The notes: generated from the letters alone by a model not told the origin. A stretch of 63,895 nt of DNA, filler included, from Mitosporidium daphniae (GCF_000760515.2; 4 parts of 4 records of this genome joined end to end with filler, not necessarily neighbours in it), one strand, 5' to 3'. Numbered from the whole stretch's first letter, positions 37,941 through 50,206 are shown. Program-made: numbers and translations.

Positions 37941-38298
37941 ATGCTTTTTTGTCCGAGTTGCGGAAATTTACTGTTGCTCGATAAGGGTTCAACCACGCTG
38001 GTTTTTGATTGCAAAACATGCCCATATGTGTATCCAATATTGAAGACGGTTTGCACGATGCATACCATTTATTTTGTAGTTCACCAATAAAATGGAGCTG
38101 GAAAGCAAAAGAGTCGATGACATATTGGGCGGTGCGGAGGCCTGGAAAAATGTCGATTCCACAGATATTGTTTGCCGAAAATGCGAACATGGCCGCGCAT
38201 ATTTCATGCAAATACAAATCCGGTCAGCAGACGAGCCAAGCTCGATCTTTTACAAGTGCTGTAATCCATCGTGCTCCTACCAATGGAGAGAGGGCTAA
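37941..38298 (+). CDS. RPC11: RNA polymerase III subunit C11 (intron 38049-38079)
   Basis: MLFCPSCGNLL..CKTCPY; VDDILGGAEAW; C..C..AYFMQIQIRSADEP..FYKC. Confidence 0.95.
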
Positions 38299-38434
38299 TT
38301 CCTATTTATTTTTGTATTAAATTTTTTACTGATGCCATTCCCATCTGCGTGCTTGAGCATGCGCGCATTTTGGCGGTGCTATCGATTATCAATATGCTAT
38401 CGTACTATCAGGTCTTTGCTTTGGTAGGGGTGAT

Positions 38435-41400
38435 TTAATGAGCTTTTGATTTACTGGTGTTTTTGGATGATGAAGAGCGGGAAGATGATTTGCAGGATGA
38501 AGAGGAAAGTAGGTCAATGACCCACAAAAATCTATTCCTAAATGAAGAGGGCTGCTGCTTGAAGAATTCCTTCAAAGCAGACCCCAATTCGGGCTCCATT
38601 GCAATTGCAGCTGCCAATTGCTCCTTCGGAAGCTGGATGACAATCTGCAACGAAACAGGAATCATTTTCTAAGAAATTATACGTGCCATAGCTACTTTGC
38701 AAAGCGTGACAAAGTTTTCCCACAATTCAGGCTTGCCCTGCCAAACTTTTCTTGACACAAGACGTACCATGAACGATACGGCAAAATTGGCCACCTGCCT
38801 TTGGTTAAAGCTAGCGCCTGTTGATAAAGAAAGGCCAAGCTATGGCGATATTAAAGGAACAAAACCATACCATATCTAAAACCGTAGAGGGGGGAAGTGT
38901 AATTGAGTCGATCAATGACTGAAGCGAAGACAAGACGACTTCTTGTTTGAAAGACTCTTTGAGCTCAAAGAGACACGTTCTTATTGCTAAAATGTAAAGG
39001 CAAATGGCACACGTACCCGATACAATAAGCTTGGTGTCGATGGTTGAGTAAAGGTTGTGCAATGTAGTTAGCAATTCCATCGGTGTGACGGATCCTACCG
39101 AAAGTGGGTTGAGGATTGCAAGAAGGATGTTCTTGAGCGTTGGGATGCTCTGAATTCCCTCCAGTTCGCTCTCTGCATCCGTAAATTCCTTTCTCCGCAA
39201 TCTTTCGACGTCCACAATCAAAAGAGGTAGAAATTCCAAAACCAGGTCCTAACAAACGATTACAAGTGAAACGATGGCGAGACACATAGAAAGACAATCA
39301 AAAGGGCATAGTACCTTTTCTAAGCCCCCAAGCAACGGCACCATGAACATAGTTCCAAGTTGGTGAGTCTTGATTACCTCCATGATTGCCATGATCAATC
39401 GCTTATCAAGTCTGTGTGATATGTTCTGTTTATCTGTGTCAAAAGAAAGGCTATTAACAAGGTAGCCCAAAAAGGGTTCTCCCCCCCTACGATAAACCCT
39501 AAGCACATTATTAACCAACTCAATTCTGTTTTGTGAATTGTAAATGTTTAAAATTGTCTGTCTCAAGGGAGACATTTTCCTTCGATGAGTTGAAGCATCC
39601 CCCTCAACTTGGTCAACTTGAATTCCCGCATCTTCCCCCTGCCCCTCCCCATCCCTCTCTGCCTTTCCCTCCACACCTCCTTCCTCAATCACATCTTCAG
39701 CGAAATAAACACGCCAATTGTCGTAGAAATAGCACAGAAACGACGGATATCGCATACAGAGAGCAAAAAAGAGATCAGACTTGGCCTCAATGGCGCTCCT
39801 GGCACATTGGCGGGCAGAAGAATCTTGTTCTTTTTTGACCTCCTCGCCAGGGGCGTGTCCATAATACTTTTCCATTATCGTGGAGTCCAGAGATAGCTCC
39901 CGTAGCTGGTTTAAAGCAAAGTCTTTCAAGAGTAACAGGAAGAATTCATTTTTATCCTCCAGTGAAGGCATCAGCTTTTCCAAAATAATGTGAATAGAAA
40001 AGTGTCGATACCCTTTATGTCTGTGCGTCAGGAATTGAAGCAAAACAGGCACCAAAAAGGACCTGACCTTTGGTCTCAGTTTACATAGCTTACAAGTTAC
40101 TCCGAGAACATAGCACAGGCGCCGCAATGACAATTCTTCAGCTCCAAGTTGAAAGGTTCCGTCAAATTGCGGGGAAGTCTCGTGGTGGCTGGTTATGGCC
40201 GATGAAAGAACCGAGTACAGATTGCTTTGAAGGATATTGGCCGTCGCGATTGGAGAAAGGGCCAAAAAATATGAAAGGTTTAGCAGATTTGCATCTCTAG
40301 ATTCAAGCAAAAGGGCAACCGTGTCCTTTATCACTTGACTCTCCAGTGTTGAGTTTTCAAACTGATCTTCTAAATTTGTGTAGCTATTGTCGGCGACAAG
40401 GGAGCATTTCACCTCATCACAGAACGATGAAATTATAAAATTAAAGATCTTTTCAAGACGCTTGTCACATCGAGTGAACCTTTTATAGTACCATTCGTGA
40501 TGAAGCCAGAGCAAGGCAAGGGTTACGCGTTCCGAATTCAGGGAGCCAGGAAAAGACAAAAATTTCAAAAGCGACTCTGAAATGTATCCGAAAACCTTGC
40601 CAAAAGAAGCATCCTCGCCCGCGTCCTTCTTTGCAATGGAGTCAACAACCGTTGAGAGGCGCGTTACTATTTGCATCCAAAATAAATATTCCTTCGGACA
40701 TTCAGAAAGACATCTCAATTGAGATTGCGTGCATTGGACAATATTATCCGAAAGAGAAGACAAAATAGAGACCTTGATCTGCTCTGGAGACTGCTGCTCC
40801 AATTGGTCATTCACTTGCGCAGAAAGATCCTCAGACTGCAGGTTTTCGGAAACAGGCTTTGAAGGCTTCGTGGCTTCAGAGAGCTGAAAAAGTTTTTCTC
40901 TCAAAGAATCCTCTGTGATGATATTTGAGAATATCTACAAAAACAAAAAACAAAAAATGGCCAAACCTCAAACGAATCAACCAGATCCTGCTGGGTGCAC
41001 GAAAGGAATGTGTTCATCAGCATTTCGATGACAATAAAAACGGGAAGCTTCGAAATATCAATCGGTAGAAGCCGCATTTTGTTTGTATTTATTCTGACAC
41101 ACTTGGTTAAAAGAAACTCTGTTTTTTGGATTATCGTTGAATCGAGAAAGGATGAAGAGGTGGCGGGTTCCAAGCCAATTGCGCCTGCAGCTTCCGTAGA
41201 CGTGTCTCGTTGCTTGGCTTTTTTGGAGATTTGGAGCGCATTTTCTGAGCTGTTGAGCTTTACAGATTTCAATTTGGTAACCAGCTCGTAAATCGAATGT
41301 TGTATGATGGAAGAATATGAATTGTTGAACCTAAAGGAAATCCAACGAAGAATACCTTGCCAGCAAGGATAAAGCGCATTTGAGAGAAAGATTTATCGAT

Positions 41401-42418
41401 CGCTGATTAAATGCCAATTTGAGGCCAATTGGAAATTCCACAAAAGTCAATATGAACGAAGTTATCATGGGAATACAGTCCGTGTGTTTGTGGATTCCGG
41501 CAAACCGAATGTAGGACGATAGAAGGTAAATAAATGCAATGACATTTCCATGCTCCCTAAATAATGAGCGTTGAAGGTTACATTTTTCGGGGCGTTCTGA
41601 AGGACTCTATCACGTAATCGATCAGAAAGGTGTCTGTTAAATAATCTTGCACGATGCTCGAATTGTTGAGCTTTGAGAGGACATTTTTAACATAAGGCCA
41701 CAGTACAGCCATCCTTACAACAAACCGTAACGACAGGTTGATAGTTTGCTCAACGTAAAAGGTATACTCTTCGTAAAAGGGATCCCCCCTTATGTATCCC
41801 AGTATCGACTTGGTAATTACAGAAAGTTTCCCTAAAAGAGCGGATGCTTCAGAGAGACTCAGCTTGGATGTGAACAAAATGTCCATGTCTTCGTTCTCTG
41901 AATTGCTGATGTCTTCGACAATCTTTTTAAGTATTGGCTCATAAATGGAAGATAAAAAGCGGACTGAAAGGTAATACAAAGGAGACGCAAGATTTTGGCT
42001 TGGAAACCGAAAATTGGTCATGTGCAGGATAAGCTCCAAGGAAAGGTCAGAGTCTACAAAATTAGTTTGGGCCCAAAATACCTTCGTAAGATATCAAAGA
42101 AAGTCTATGGGCGAAATGCAAAAGGGCACCCAAAGATGCGAGGAATAAATAAATATTTGATGCAGGACTTTGAAATACTTTTTCCATACAAGTAGATTCG
42201 AAAATACTTGCCATTGATTTCCGAATGACATGAAAACAAGGCGAGAGTGGGATAAGCGGATTGGCATTGATTTCGATCTGCAATTTTTCTACAAAATCAT
42301 CGACAAGATTGGATAAGGCTTTGAAAAGGTCGTTCAACCCATCACAACTTGGCTCGCTTTGACGGCATGACAATTGGTCCCATAATTCGGATCTTGTGAA
42401 TTCTTCAACATAATCCAT
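38435..42418 (-). CDS. PTA1: Symplekin/Pta1 (multi-intron)
   Basis: C-terminal TPMELLTTLH, FKQEVVLSSLQSL..LPP, RLVSRKVWQ..LWENFVTLC, IQLPKEQL; central LALLWLHHEWY; HEAT-like N-terminus. Confidence 0.8.
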
Positions 42419-42466
42419 TCAAATTTAAATTAAATTTGAAATTGGCTTTATTTACAAATGGAAACC

Positions 42467-42775
42467 TCACCGCTCCTTCATGCTTGGGGGGCGAAGTAGC
42501 AAGAAATTGCGCCATACTCCATACTCCTGGATCGGAAATTCAGAGTTAAATCGGAAGGCGCTCTCTTGGTGCGGTTTTTCGCCGTCATTCTTCAATTCCT
42601 GCGATCGGTAGAACGTAAGCTCGCCATTCAGGGCAGAGATTTTCTTTTCGTTCTCTTTATTCTTTTTGATTGCCTTGTAATATTTATCAACTATTTTTTC
42701 ATACTCTTTTTCAAATTCCGATGGCTCCGGGTTTTGTTGCACAAGCGAGGCCAATTCATTACTCGAGAGGGACAT
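42467..42775 (-). CDS. Small coiled-coil hypothetical protein
   Basis: ATG-initiated charged helical ORF, divergent from ELP4; 3' end may be spliced. Confidence 0.45.
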   Translation of the reverse strand: MSLSSNELASLVQQNPEPSEFEKEYEKIVDKYYKAIKKNKENEKKISALNGELTFYRSQELKNDGEKPHQESAFRFNSEFPIQEYGVWRNFLLLRPPSMKER

Positions 42776-42806
42776 GAAATTTAAATTTTAAAATTTAATA
42801 AATTTC

Positions 42807-44018
42807 ATGTCTGGTCCGTTAAACCTGAAGCCGTTGGGCCATGTGGCTCCACTGCGTACCATCGGCACCTCTAATGCCAAGCAGCATGCCACCAGATCCG
42901 GGTGTTTCCCGCCTTCTAAATCATATATTCGGCCATCTCCATTCGCCCCAAATGTACAGATAATGAATTTCGGTCTGGCTGATATAAACAATTATGTTCT
43001 TCCGGGGGGGATCCCTGTTGGCTCGATCTTTGGGATTTTCTCTCCCAATCCATGGTTAGATCTGCCTCCTTCACATGAATTAAAACCAATCAATGAGGTG
43101 GATACCAGTGCATTTCATATTTCGAATCTTATCGCAATTGCTTTCGCTGCCCGTGGGGTTCTAATTGAAAACTCAGCCCTACTAGTTATAACGGGTCTCC
43201 ATTCGCCAAAAGGAGCTCAGGCATCTTCGATCTCAACATGCTTTTCATTATGGCCGTCGCTTTGCTCACAGAAAGTGATTGAAGAAACAATAATTGAAGA
43301 AAAATCGATTCCCATGAAAATAGCCTGGAGATATAACACCTTTAGGTCTGGTAATCAAACGCCCACTCATACACATTTGTCTTCTGGCGATTTAAACAAA
43401 GAAGCTGGCCCCTCTTTGGATTGGACCTCCTCTATAAATTGCGACAAGCATCTCCTCCAAAAGGTGAAGGACACGATGCACGTGATTTCGCTGGCAAAAT
43501 CTGAAACCCTTAATGAAGTGAGGCTATTAATTGATAATTTCTTCACATTGCTTTCAGAACATCCTTTTAAAACAGCGCGCATTATAATAGAAGATCCGTT
43601 TAGCATTTATTCGAAATTCTCAACCCCAGAACAATTTGCTCCAACATTAAGCCACATAAAAGGCTATAAAGGAATTCCCATGTCCACGACTTTCATTTCT
43701 CCAAAGCAATACGAGACTAATGAATATCTTACTCGAGCGCTTGATGGCTATGTAGAACTCACAAGCTGTCCCAAAGAGCTTCTTCCAAAAAAATCAATTC
43801 CCTCTTCGGCCAACGCTCTTATGAGATGGAAGAAGCCGTTAAAGCTCCCCAATTCCACATATTGGTCACCGCCAATATCCATAGGTGGCGTGTGGCAAGT
43901 CTCATTAAGTAGGAGAAAAGCGATCGCATTGGTTCCAGTTTCGCTGCCCGTTGCTGATGAGGATGACGGTAATAGTGAGCATTCCTTGTCCTGTTCTTCA
44001 AGTACAACAAATTGGTAG
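42807..44018 (+). CDS. ELP4: Elongator subunit Elp4
   Basis: IRPSP..FGLADIN..GGIPVGS and the MKIAWRY motif; short Cys/Ser tail. Confidence 0.8.
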   Translation: MSGPLNLKPLGHVAPLRTIGTSNAKQHATRSGCFPPSKSYIRPSPFAPNVQIMNFGLADINNYVLPGGIPVGSIFGIFSPNPWLDLPPSHELKPINEVDTSAFHISNLIAIAFAARGVLIENSALLVITGLHSPKGAQASSISTCFSLWPSLCSQKVIEETIIEEKSIPMKIAWRYNTFRSGNQTPTHTHLSSGDLNKEAGPSLDWTSSINCDKHLLQKVKDTMHVISLAKSETLNEVRLLIDNFFTLLSEHPFKTARIIIEDPFSIYSKFSTPEQFAPTLSHIKGYKGIPMSTTFISPKQYETNEYLTRALDGYVELTSCPKELLPKKSIPSSANALMRWKKPLKLPNSTYWSPPISIGGVWQVSLSRRKAIALVPVSLPVADEDDGNSEHSLSCSSSTTNW

Positions 44019-44088
44019 CTATTAAATTTAATTAATTTAATTGATTCGTTAAACGTTTAAAAGATTTTAAAACGATTTTTTTTAGCCA

Positions 44089-45255
44089 ATGAAGTCTTTC
44101 ACATTTGTCATTTCCTTCTTCCTGGTTCTAATCTTGGTTCTCTGTAATGGTGGCCTATCTTTCCCTATGAATTTATTCCATAAAAGCCCAACAGAAGCAG
44201 ATAGACATACTTTCTTACCTAAATGGCTGTTTTCGGGCTTCTTGCCCGCCCCCATTGTGTCCTTTATTGATAGCACATTTGGATACCTGGTTTGGATGTT
44301 GTCGCTGCCTATTTTATTTTGCTATGAACTGTCGGACCAAGTGGTTGGCCTAGCTGTTACTTTTATAAGTGCTCTTTTCATCTTTTTAGGCTGTATGCTG
44401 ATCTGGAGCATCCCCGTCAATATATTCTGCTCCATTCTGCTCAATAGCGAATGGCGATCTAGGAAATTTTTCTTCTTATTTGTAGAGGTTATCTTTTCAC
44501 TCACTATGACCCTTTGGTATCTTCAAGAAAAGGTTTCTTTATTTGTTGTCTTTTTTCCAATATCCTTGCCCTTTAAAGGTTTATTGGATCGGATAAAGCA
44601 CAACAACTCTCCATTGTATGACTCCATTAATCACCGATGGATCTCTTTTTTGGATATTTGGTTATCTTTATACTCCAAACTTAGGCTATGCGTATCTCTC
44701 AAGCTTTTTTGCCTCTTTTCTTACAATATCATTGTATTCTTCAAATACAAGTTTTCTTCAACACGCAATATGCTTGAGAAGATTTTTGGAAGGAGAGTTA
44801 CCGACTTTCTCTATTCCATTCGCGACTCTTTTCTATTACTACTTAGAACACAACCTCCTGCAGTGATATCTGCGAAAGAAACCAAGCTTCTCAAGATAAA
44901 GGCGGGTGCTTTATCATCCCAGTCAAGTTCCATCGATCAAATTCCTTCTTCTGGTTTAGTAGAATTGGTCAATGACACCACGGTACCTATCGAAGATCTA
45001 CAAAGCTCAAATGCCGACACCAAACTTCCCCCCATGGTAATAGATTCGGCACCCGTCGAATCTTTACCCATAAACCCTTCCAAGTCAGAATGCCGGTCAA
45101 ATATCAACTTACAGTGCGTATCGGATTTAGATATAGCGCCAACATCTTTACAGGAGCCTCGACCTGTGCCCCAGACAGAGTCCTCTTCCTTTTCCACCTC
45201 CCTGGCTGAGACTACTTTAATGAGCATCCTTTTTGTAGCATATTTAGTGCTCTAG
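44089..45255 (+). CDS. Orphan multi-pass membrane protein with signal peptide and S/P-rich tail
   Basis: 388-aa ORF with several hydrophobic segments and a hydrophobic C-terminus. Confidence 0.6.
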   Translation: MKSFTFVISFFLVLILVLCNGGLSFPMNLFHKSPTEADRHTFLPKWLFSGFLPAPIVSFIDSTFGYLVWMLSLPILFCYELSDQVVGLAVTFISALFIFLGCMLIWSIPVNIFCSILLNSEWRSRKFFFLFVEVIFSLTMTLWYLQEKVSLFVVFFPISLPFKGLLDRIKHNNSPLYDSINHRWISFLDIWLSLYSKLRLCVSLKLFCLFSYNIIVFFKYKFSSTRNMLEKIFGRRVTDFLYSIRDSFLLLLRTQPPAVISAKETKLLKIKAGALSSQSSSIDQIPSSGLVELVNDTTVPIEDLQSSNADTKLPPMVIDSAPVESLPINPSKSECRSNINLQCVSDLDIAPTSLQEPRPVPQTESSSFSTSLAETTLMSILFVAYLVL

Positions 45256-45483
45256 TCATGGTCTTGCTCTATTTGTATTAATTTCCCACATAGACTTGCT
45301 TGCATCGATCGGCTAATATTACTTTTCTGGCCGAACCTTGCTGTCGGCTCCATCTTCATAGGAGAAAGGACTCCAATATTCAATTTGTTTAAAATTTATT
45401 AAATTTTGTGGTTTAATGGGACACTTAATTTTATGACAATTAATACACTAAATCGAGGAGACAACGCTACAAAGCCCCACTCG

Positions 45484-48400
45484 TTATGGCTTGGAAAACC
45501 TGATTATAGGTGGAGGTAACGGTGAAGATCCATCCATAAATGTCATTGAGGGGGCAATGCCACCCTCTGTGGCCTTCAATGAGAGCGATGGCGATCCATG
45601 CATGGTGGGTTCAACTTCATGATAAGCATTTTTTGGCTGCCTACTACCGGTCATTTGCTGCAAGCTATCAAGAGGCATCATATTATGATCATCATCTTGG
45701 GTTTGGTTGTCTTTTTTGGTAGCAGAGGATGTGCTCGCGCCATTAGTGCTTTGTTGGCCGTCTTTCATCTGAGAAAAGGCATCAGAAGAACGACTGCCAA
45801 CCGGCGCATTAAGAGGTACAAATGGGGTTAGGTCAACCTCTTCATCGTCATTAAAATTTTCCTTGTCGTCTTCGACCATTTTATCGTGTCCATCATCGCC
45901 ATCATCTTGTTGATCATCCGCAGCCTTAACGTCGGATGATGCTCCCCCCATAGACACGATTTGAATGATCTTAAAAAAGGTGCGAGGAAGATAGAGTGAA
46001 TTGAGTTTTTTGAAGAGAGTCGGGTTTCTATAAGGATTGCTCATGTACCATTCAACGGTTTCTCTCAAATCCCGATCAATCGAGGAAGAGCCTCCGGATA
46101 GCGCAAAAGAGACCGAGGGTCGACTCGATGATCCCATCGCGGATTCAGAGCCTGCCAAGGTGGAGGATTTAGAACTCAGCTTTCCATTTTCAGATGATAC
46201 CGTGCTCTCTGGCAGTGAAACTACCTCTGAAGAGCAAGTTGGCCGAAGCAGTTCACAGCCGCTAGAAGTGGCAGAGGAGGAGCCACTGCTACTTGATTCA
46301 GCTCCAAGTTCATCGCACGGCCCCACTTCGACTTCTGCCAAAAAGCTCTTTTGTCGGGAAATAAGAACAGCAACCAAATCAAGCGTTGATCTGCCGCCAA
46401 GCATCGCTCCAAGAGAAAGGGCGTCCCGTGCATGTAGACGTGGGATCGATCGCTTGTACTCCGGATATCGTGCAGCCGGTGCCAGGTCAGGCCGCGCGCC
46501 AGCAGGTACATATGAAGAGGCCGTCCGCGTGATACGACGGATCAAACGCCATATGATTATTGTAAAGACCAATGTTGGCATCACTGCAAGCGCCTGCAGC
46601 TTTGCGCCCTGGAACGACAGCTGAATTGCTGTCATAACCTGAAAAGTGGCCATCCCCAAACACAGAAAGCCAGCAACATCAAAAAGAAAAGAGCCACCAG
46701 ATTCCCACGTGCTTCTGGCAGTATACAAAAAGCGATAGCGATAGACTAAATATGCAATTCCATAATAGATGGTTCCAATGCCGAGCATCAGTGGAGAGAT
46801 CACAGCATATGTGAGAATAAGTGGCACAGAGAAGAGAAGTAACGGAATCACAATGCCATAGTTGAGCCTCTCTGGAGAACGGCCCTCTTGACGTTCACGT
46901 GGTGTCTTGAGCGATGTGGTGGAATGGCCACTTCCACCACCACTTAATGCGCCCAGCGATATAAAGAAGAAGAGACCCACCGGATTTGCAAGAGTTAGAA
47001 AGAGATCGTTGGCCACTTTGATTGCGATCAGATTGAAGAAAAAAGAAGACTTGGGAACCAGCATTTGGCGGATCTCCTCAACGATCTTGGAAAAGTTGCC
47101 GTCCTCAATGAACGGCACTATAGCCGCGAGAATGGAGCCTGAAAGGAAGGAAACAAAGAAAGTCTGTAAGTACAGAAAAGCCAGATACTTTCTCATCAGC
47201 GAGCGCTGCAATGCTGTCTTTGTAGGAACACCTTCATAGCGCGAAATCGCATCCAGAGCATAAGGAACAATCACAAGCAACCCATTGAGTAACAGTGGCG
47301 CGAGTAAGCCCTCAATCAGTGTTTGTATGGGGCGCGGTAGGTGAAGCACCCAATTGAGTCCGGGAACCACTTGTGCGATTCTGTTGATTTGATTAAGCGA
47401 GTTGACGAAGGTTACAGGAAAAAACCACGTCAAGTTTAACAAAATAATGGCAGCATAGCCACTCCAGGAGCGGATGCCACGCAGAAATGCGGGAAGCCCG
47501 ATATTGCCCCACATGATCTCATTTGGACGGGGTGCTAGCTCTGTGCGACAAGAAAAAGGGGTCCCATCAATAAGCACTTGGGAGATGATTGAAGCCGCAG
47601 TAGCCTCACGAAAAGTCACAAAAGCTGATCGCGTTTGCTTTGGCATCGCAAGTCTGGCATCATTGAGAACTTCCCCAAATAGCTTTTTTGAGAAAAAGGT
47701 AGCCCTCTCATCTGCCAACCCAGGTGCCCGTTTATGATGTTCCATAGCGGCAGAAATTGACGGAGGGGTTGCCTCCTCTTCTTGGCACTTGGAATTTTTG
47801 AGATCTTGCCTATCGCTTTCATCTGATGTAGCCACGCAAGACTGTGGTGGCGTAGAAGAGGATGCTTGCACCAACAACAACCGCGTGTCGTTGACGAGCA
47901 TTCCTTTTGGCAATTGAAGTGCCTCTGCTTGGAGGTCTTTTTGTGCAGTCTCCAAAGAGCTTTCAGAAAGTAGAGCTCTTGACTCGGAAAATATGGAAAG
48001 CCGCTCTGCCTCAATCAAATGATCTATGGCTGCAAGCTTGGCACCAAGAGATGAAATCAAATCTCGTGTACTTGAACCTCTAGAGGATGATCCGGATCCT
48101 CTTTCAAGGTCTGATTCTTGAGAACCAAGATTTTTCTCTTTGCCTTTGAAGCCAATTTTTTCGGCGAGCTTGGCCCACAAAGATTTTCCTATCAGTGGCC
48201 TGAGTTCAGAAAGGAAGTTTGCATCAAAGGATACTTCAAGCAACGCTCGCTTGCGAGCTGGGGTTAATGGAGGTAATGACAAAGCGAGTGATGATCCCAG
48301 AAGCTTGTCATTGTCTTTTCCCTCTTCGATTGTGATCAATTGATGGATCAATTTTAGCACTTCTTTTTGCTTCAAGGCTTCAGGAACAGGCTCATTGGAA

Positions 48401-49338
48401 GAGGGTGCTTGTGGGGCGTCAGAAATGGCAATCTGACGGCGCGCTGCATGCAGAATGGCATGCATCCAAAGAACACATGCAGACTCAAGCTTCCGAAGGA
48501 CTATGTTGCGCTCACGAATCAGGTGGCGTAGCCGTGGATGGTCTTTGATGAAGGCTGACTCTATGACCAAGCCGACAGAACACTGGTCGAAGAATGCGGT
48601 CACCGATTCTTCAGAAGTAAAGCGGCGAGAATCCAACCCTTGTACTAGTACTGTTCGCGAGGGAATGTCTAGCAATCCATAAGTTTGCTCAAGGCTTCCC
48701 GTTACCCGATAAAACGCAATCAAATCCAGGACAGAAGTCAGCGAGGCCGGCGAGGCAATGTATGCCTGACGTAAATGTACATATGCCGAATAAAAGAGGA
48801 TCAGAGCATATCCAAAGATTAGCGAAAACAGCCACACCGCCAACGTGGGCATCCACAGCCAAGGCGACCCCGACTCTAGATGTGCAATCGATAGACGCGA
48901 ATAAATTTGCGTCGAAGTGGTGGTCACCTGGGCCCCATATGTGCCATGCATATATACCGGCAGTAATATTATGCTAGCAATGATGGACAACAGTAAAAAT
49001 GTCCAGAAGAGCATTTTCAATATCATGATCAGAATGAAGGCATCCATCCCGACAAGAGTCAGAAGACGGGCATCGGGGAGGAAGAACGTATGCCTGATCC
49101 ATGCCCAGGAAGCAAGGCCGGATTTTGCCTCTGGAAGCAATGGGTGATATCTGCCAAAAGTTGCCGTATTGGGGCGATAAACCCACTTGAGTTTGCGTCT
49201 GAAAAATAAAAAAACAACAAGGAAAATCAAGGAAAGGGCTATTGCATAGAATGCATTATATACAATGGTTGCATCCAAATTGTCTGGAATCACTGGGGCG
49301 CTGTCATGCTCGCCGCCCTTTTCGGAGGAGGATGACAT
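45484..49338 (-). CDS. OSCA/TMEM63 (CSC1/RSN1) mechanosensitive channel
   Basis: VYRP, LVGMDAF, ILLPVY, SRTVLVQG, SAFVTF, APRPNEIMWGN, TYAVISPL, YRYRFLY..WESGG; long low-complexity insertions. Confidence 0.93.
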   Translation of the reverse strand: MSSSSEKGGEHDSAPVIPDNLDATIVYNAFYAIALSLIFLVVFLFFRRKLKWVYRPNTATFGRYHPLLPEAKSGLASWAWIRHTFFLPDARLLTLVGMDAFILIMILKMLFWTFLLLSIIASIILLPVYMHGTYGAQVTTTSTQIYSRLSIAHLESGSPWLWMPTLAVWLFSLIFGYALILFYSAYVHLRQAYIASPASLTSVLDLIAFYRVTGSLEQTYGLLDIPSRTVLVQGLDSRRFTSEESVTAFFDQCSVGLVIESAFIKDHPRLRHLIRERNIVLRKLESACVLWMHAILHAARRQIAISDAPQAPSSNEPVPEALKQKEVLKLIHQLITIEEGKDNDKLLGSSLALSLPPLTPARKRALLEVSFDANFLSELRPLIGKSLWAKLAEKIGFKGKEKNLGSQESDLERGSGSSSRGSSTRDLISSLGAKLAAIDHLIEAERLSIFSESRALLSESSLETAQKDLQAEALQLPKGMLVNDTRLLLVQASSSTPPQSCVATSDESDRQDLKNSKCQEEEATPPSISAAMEHHKRAPGLADERATFFSKKLFGEVLNDARLAMPKQTRSAFVTFREATAASIISQVLIDGTPFSCRTELAPRPNEIMWGNIGLPAFLRGIRSWSGYAAIILLNLTWFFPVTFVNSLNQINRIAQVVPGLNWVLHLPRPIQTLIEGLLAPLLLNGLLVIVPYALDAISRYEGVPTKTALQRSLMRKYLAFLYLQTFFVSFLSGSILAAIVPFIEDGNFSKIVEEIRQMLVPKSSFFFNLIAIKVANDLFLTLANPVGLFFFISLGALSGGGSGHSTTSLKTPRERQEGRSPERLNYGIVIPLLLFSVPLILTYAVISPLMLGIGTIYYGIAYLVYRYRFLYTARSTWESGGSFLFDVAGFLCLGMATFQVMTAIQLSFQGAKLQALAVMPTLVFTIIIWRLIRRITRTASSYVPAGARPDLAPAARYPEYKRSIPRLHARDALSLGAMLGGRSTLDLVAVLISRQKSFLAEVEVGPCDELGAESSSSGSSSATSSGCELLRPTCSSEVVSLPESTVSSENGKLSSKSSTLAGSESAMGSSSRPSVSFALSGGSSSIDRDLRETVEWYMSNPYRNPTLFKKLNSLYLPRTFFKIIQIVSMGGASSDVKAADDQQDDGDDGHDKMVEDDKENFNDDEEVDLTPFVPLNAPVGSRSSDAFSQMKDGQQSTNGASTSSATKKDNQTQDDDHNMMPLDSLQQMTGSRQPKNAYHEVEPTMHGSPSLSLKATEGGIAPSMTFMDGSSPLPPPIIRFSKP

Positions 49339-49598
49339 TGATTGCGGGTAAGACGAAATAGCGTGCTGTACCAACAAGTTGTTGAATTAACCTTGAACAA
49401 ATTTTGATTGGGCAATGCTGGTTTTATGGCGACAAATTGCAACAATTTTAAAGTCTGCCCATTTGGAAAATATTTTCCAAATGGGAGATTTATTTTCATT
49501 CCGCATCAAGCTAGATATCATCATCGGAATGTTCGGCTCTTCATAACAAAGCCTTATAAATTGCAGCTCTTCATCTTGCTCTTCCCATATTCCTGGTG

Positions 49599-50043
49599 AT
49601 GCGCAACATTCCTGTTTTCTGCCTTTTCACACTTGCCTCTCTTTCGCTTGCATTTGGCGTGCTCATAGATAGTCCTATCGTTTTCAACACCACAGATAAC
49701 AAGCCGATAGAATACCTTTACTTTTACGGCATCAACAAATTGAATATCTCGATGGCCAGAGATAGGTGCCATTTATTTGGTGGAATACTTGCCAATGTTT
49801 ATTCGCAGAATGTCCTCAGCACGATTGGAAAGTATATGCATACCGGCGACCCTGCATATATCAATTCTTGGCAAGGAAACACTTACAAAGGAACTTGCAT
49901 TGCTATATTGAAAGGCCCAAGTGGCGTAAAGCCTGGGGACAATAATATCGCCATATTTGGTACTCAGCGTGAAACATCTAACTTTTAGTTCCCCCCGATC
50001 CGTGCCACTCTGCCCGTTCGTTTATTTGCGAAAGGATGTTTAG
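49599..50043 (+). CDS. Secreted C-type lectin-fold protein (intron 49960-49988)
   Basis: Signal peptide; ARDRC..FGGILA; YINSW..C; after splicing ..PCHSARSFICE, which completes the four-Cys CTLD pattern. Confidence 0.7.
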
Positions 50044-50206
50044 AACGAATCCTTGCTCTTAGAATTTTGAATAAATCTTTCCTTAGCCAATTTGCTTCGT
50101 GTAGCGGTTTCAATTCAAATCAAATATAGCGGTTCAAAATACGAATGTCGCTGATAATGGGGCTTCAAGGTGTCTCGTCTCATCAAGTTAGGACAAGTAA
50201 AAGGAA

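Noticed and set aside
28229..42418. CPSF73 and symplekin as a functional gene cluster
   Set aside because: Separated by an assembly gap and unrelated genes; expected by chance at this gene density.
46037..47737. Long antisense ORFs inside the OSCA gene (similar ones in aquaporin and CPSF73)
   Set aside because: Shadow frames of GC-richer coding sequence with no protein-like features.
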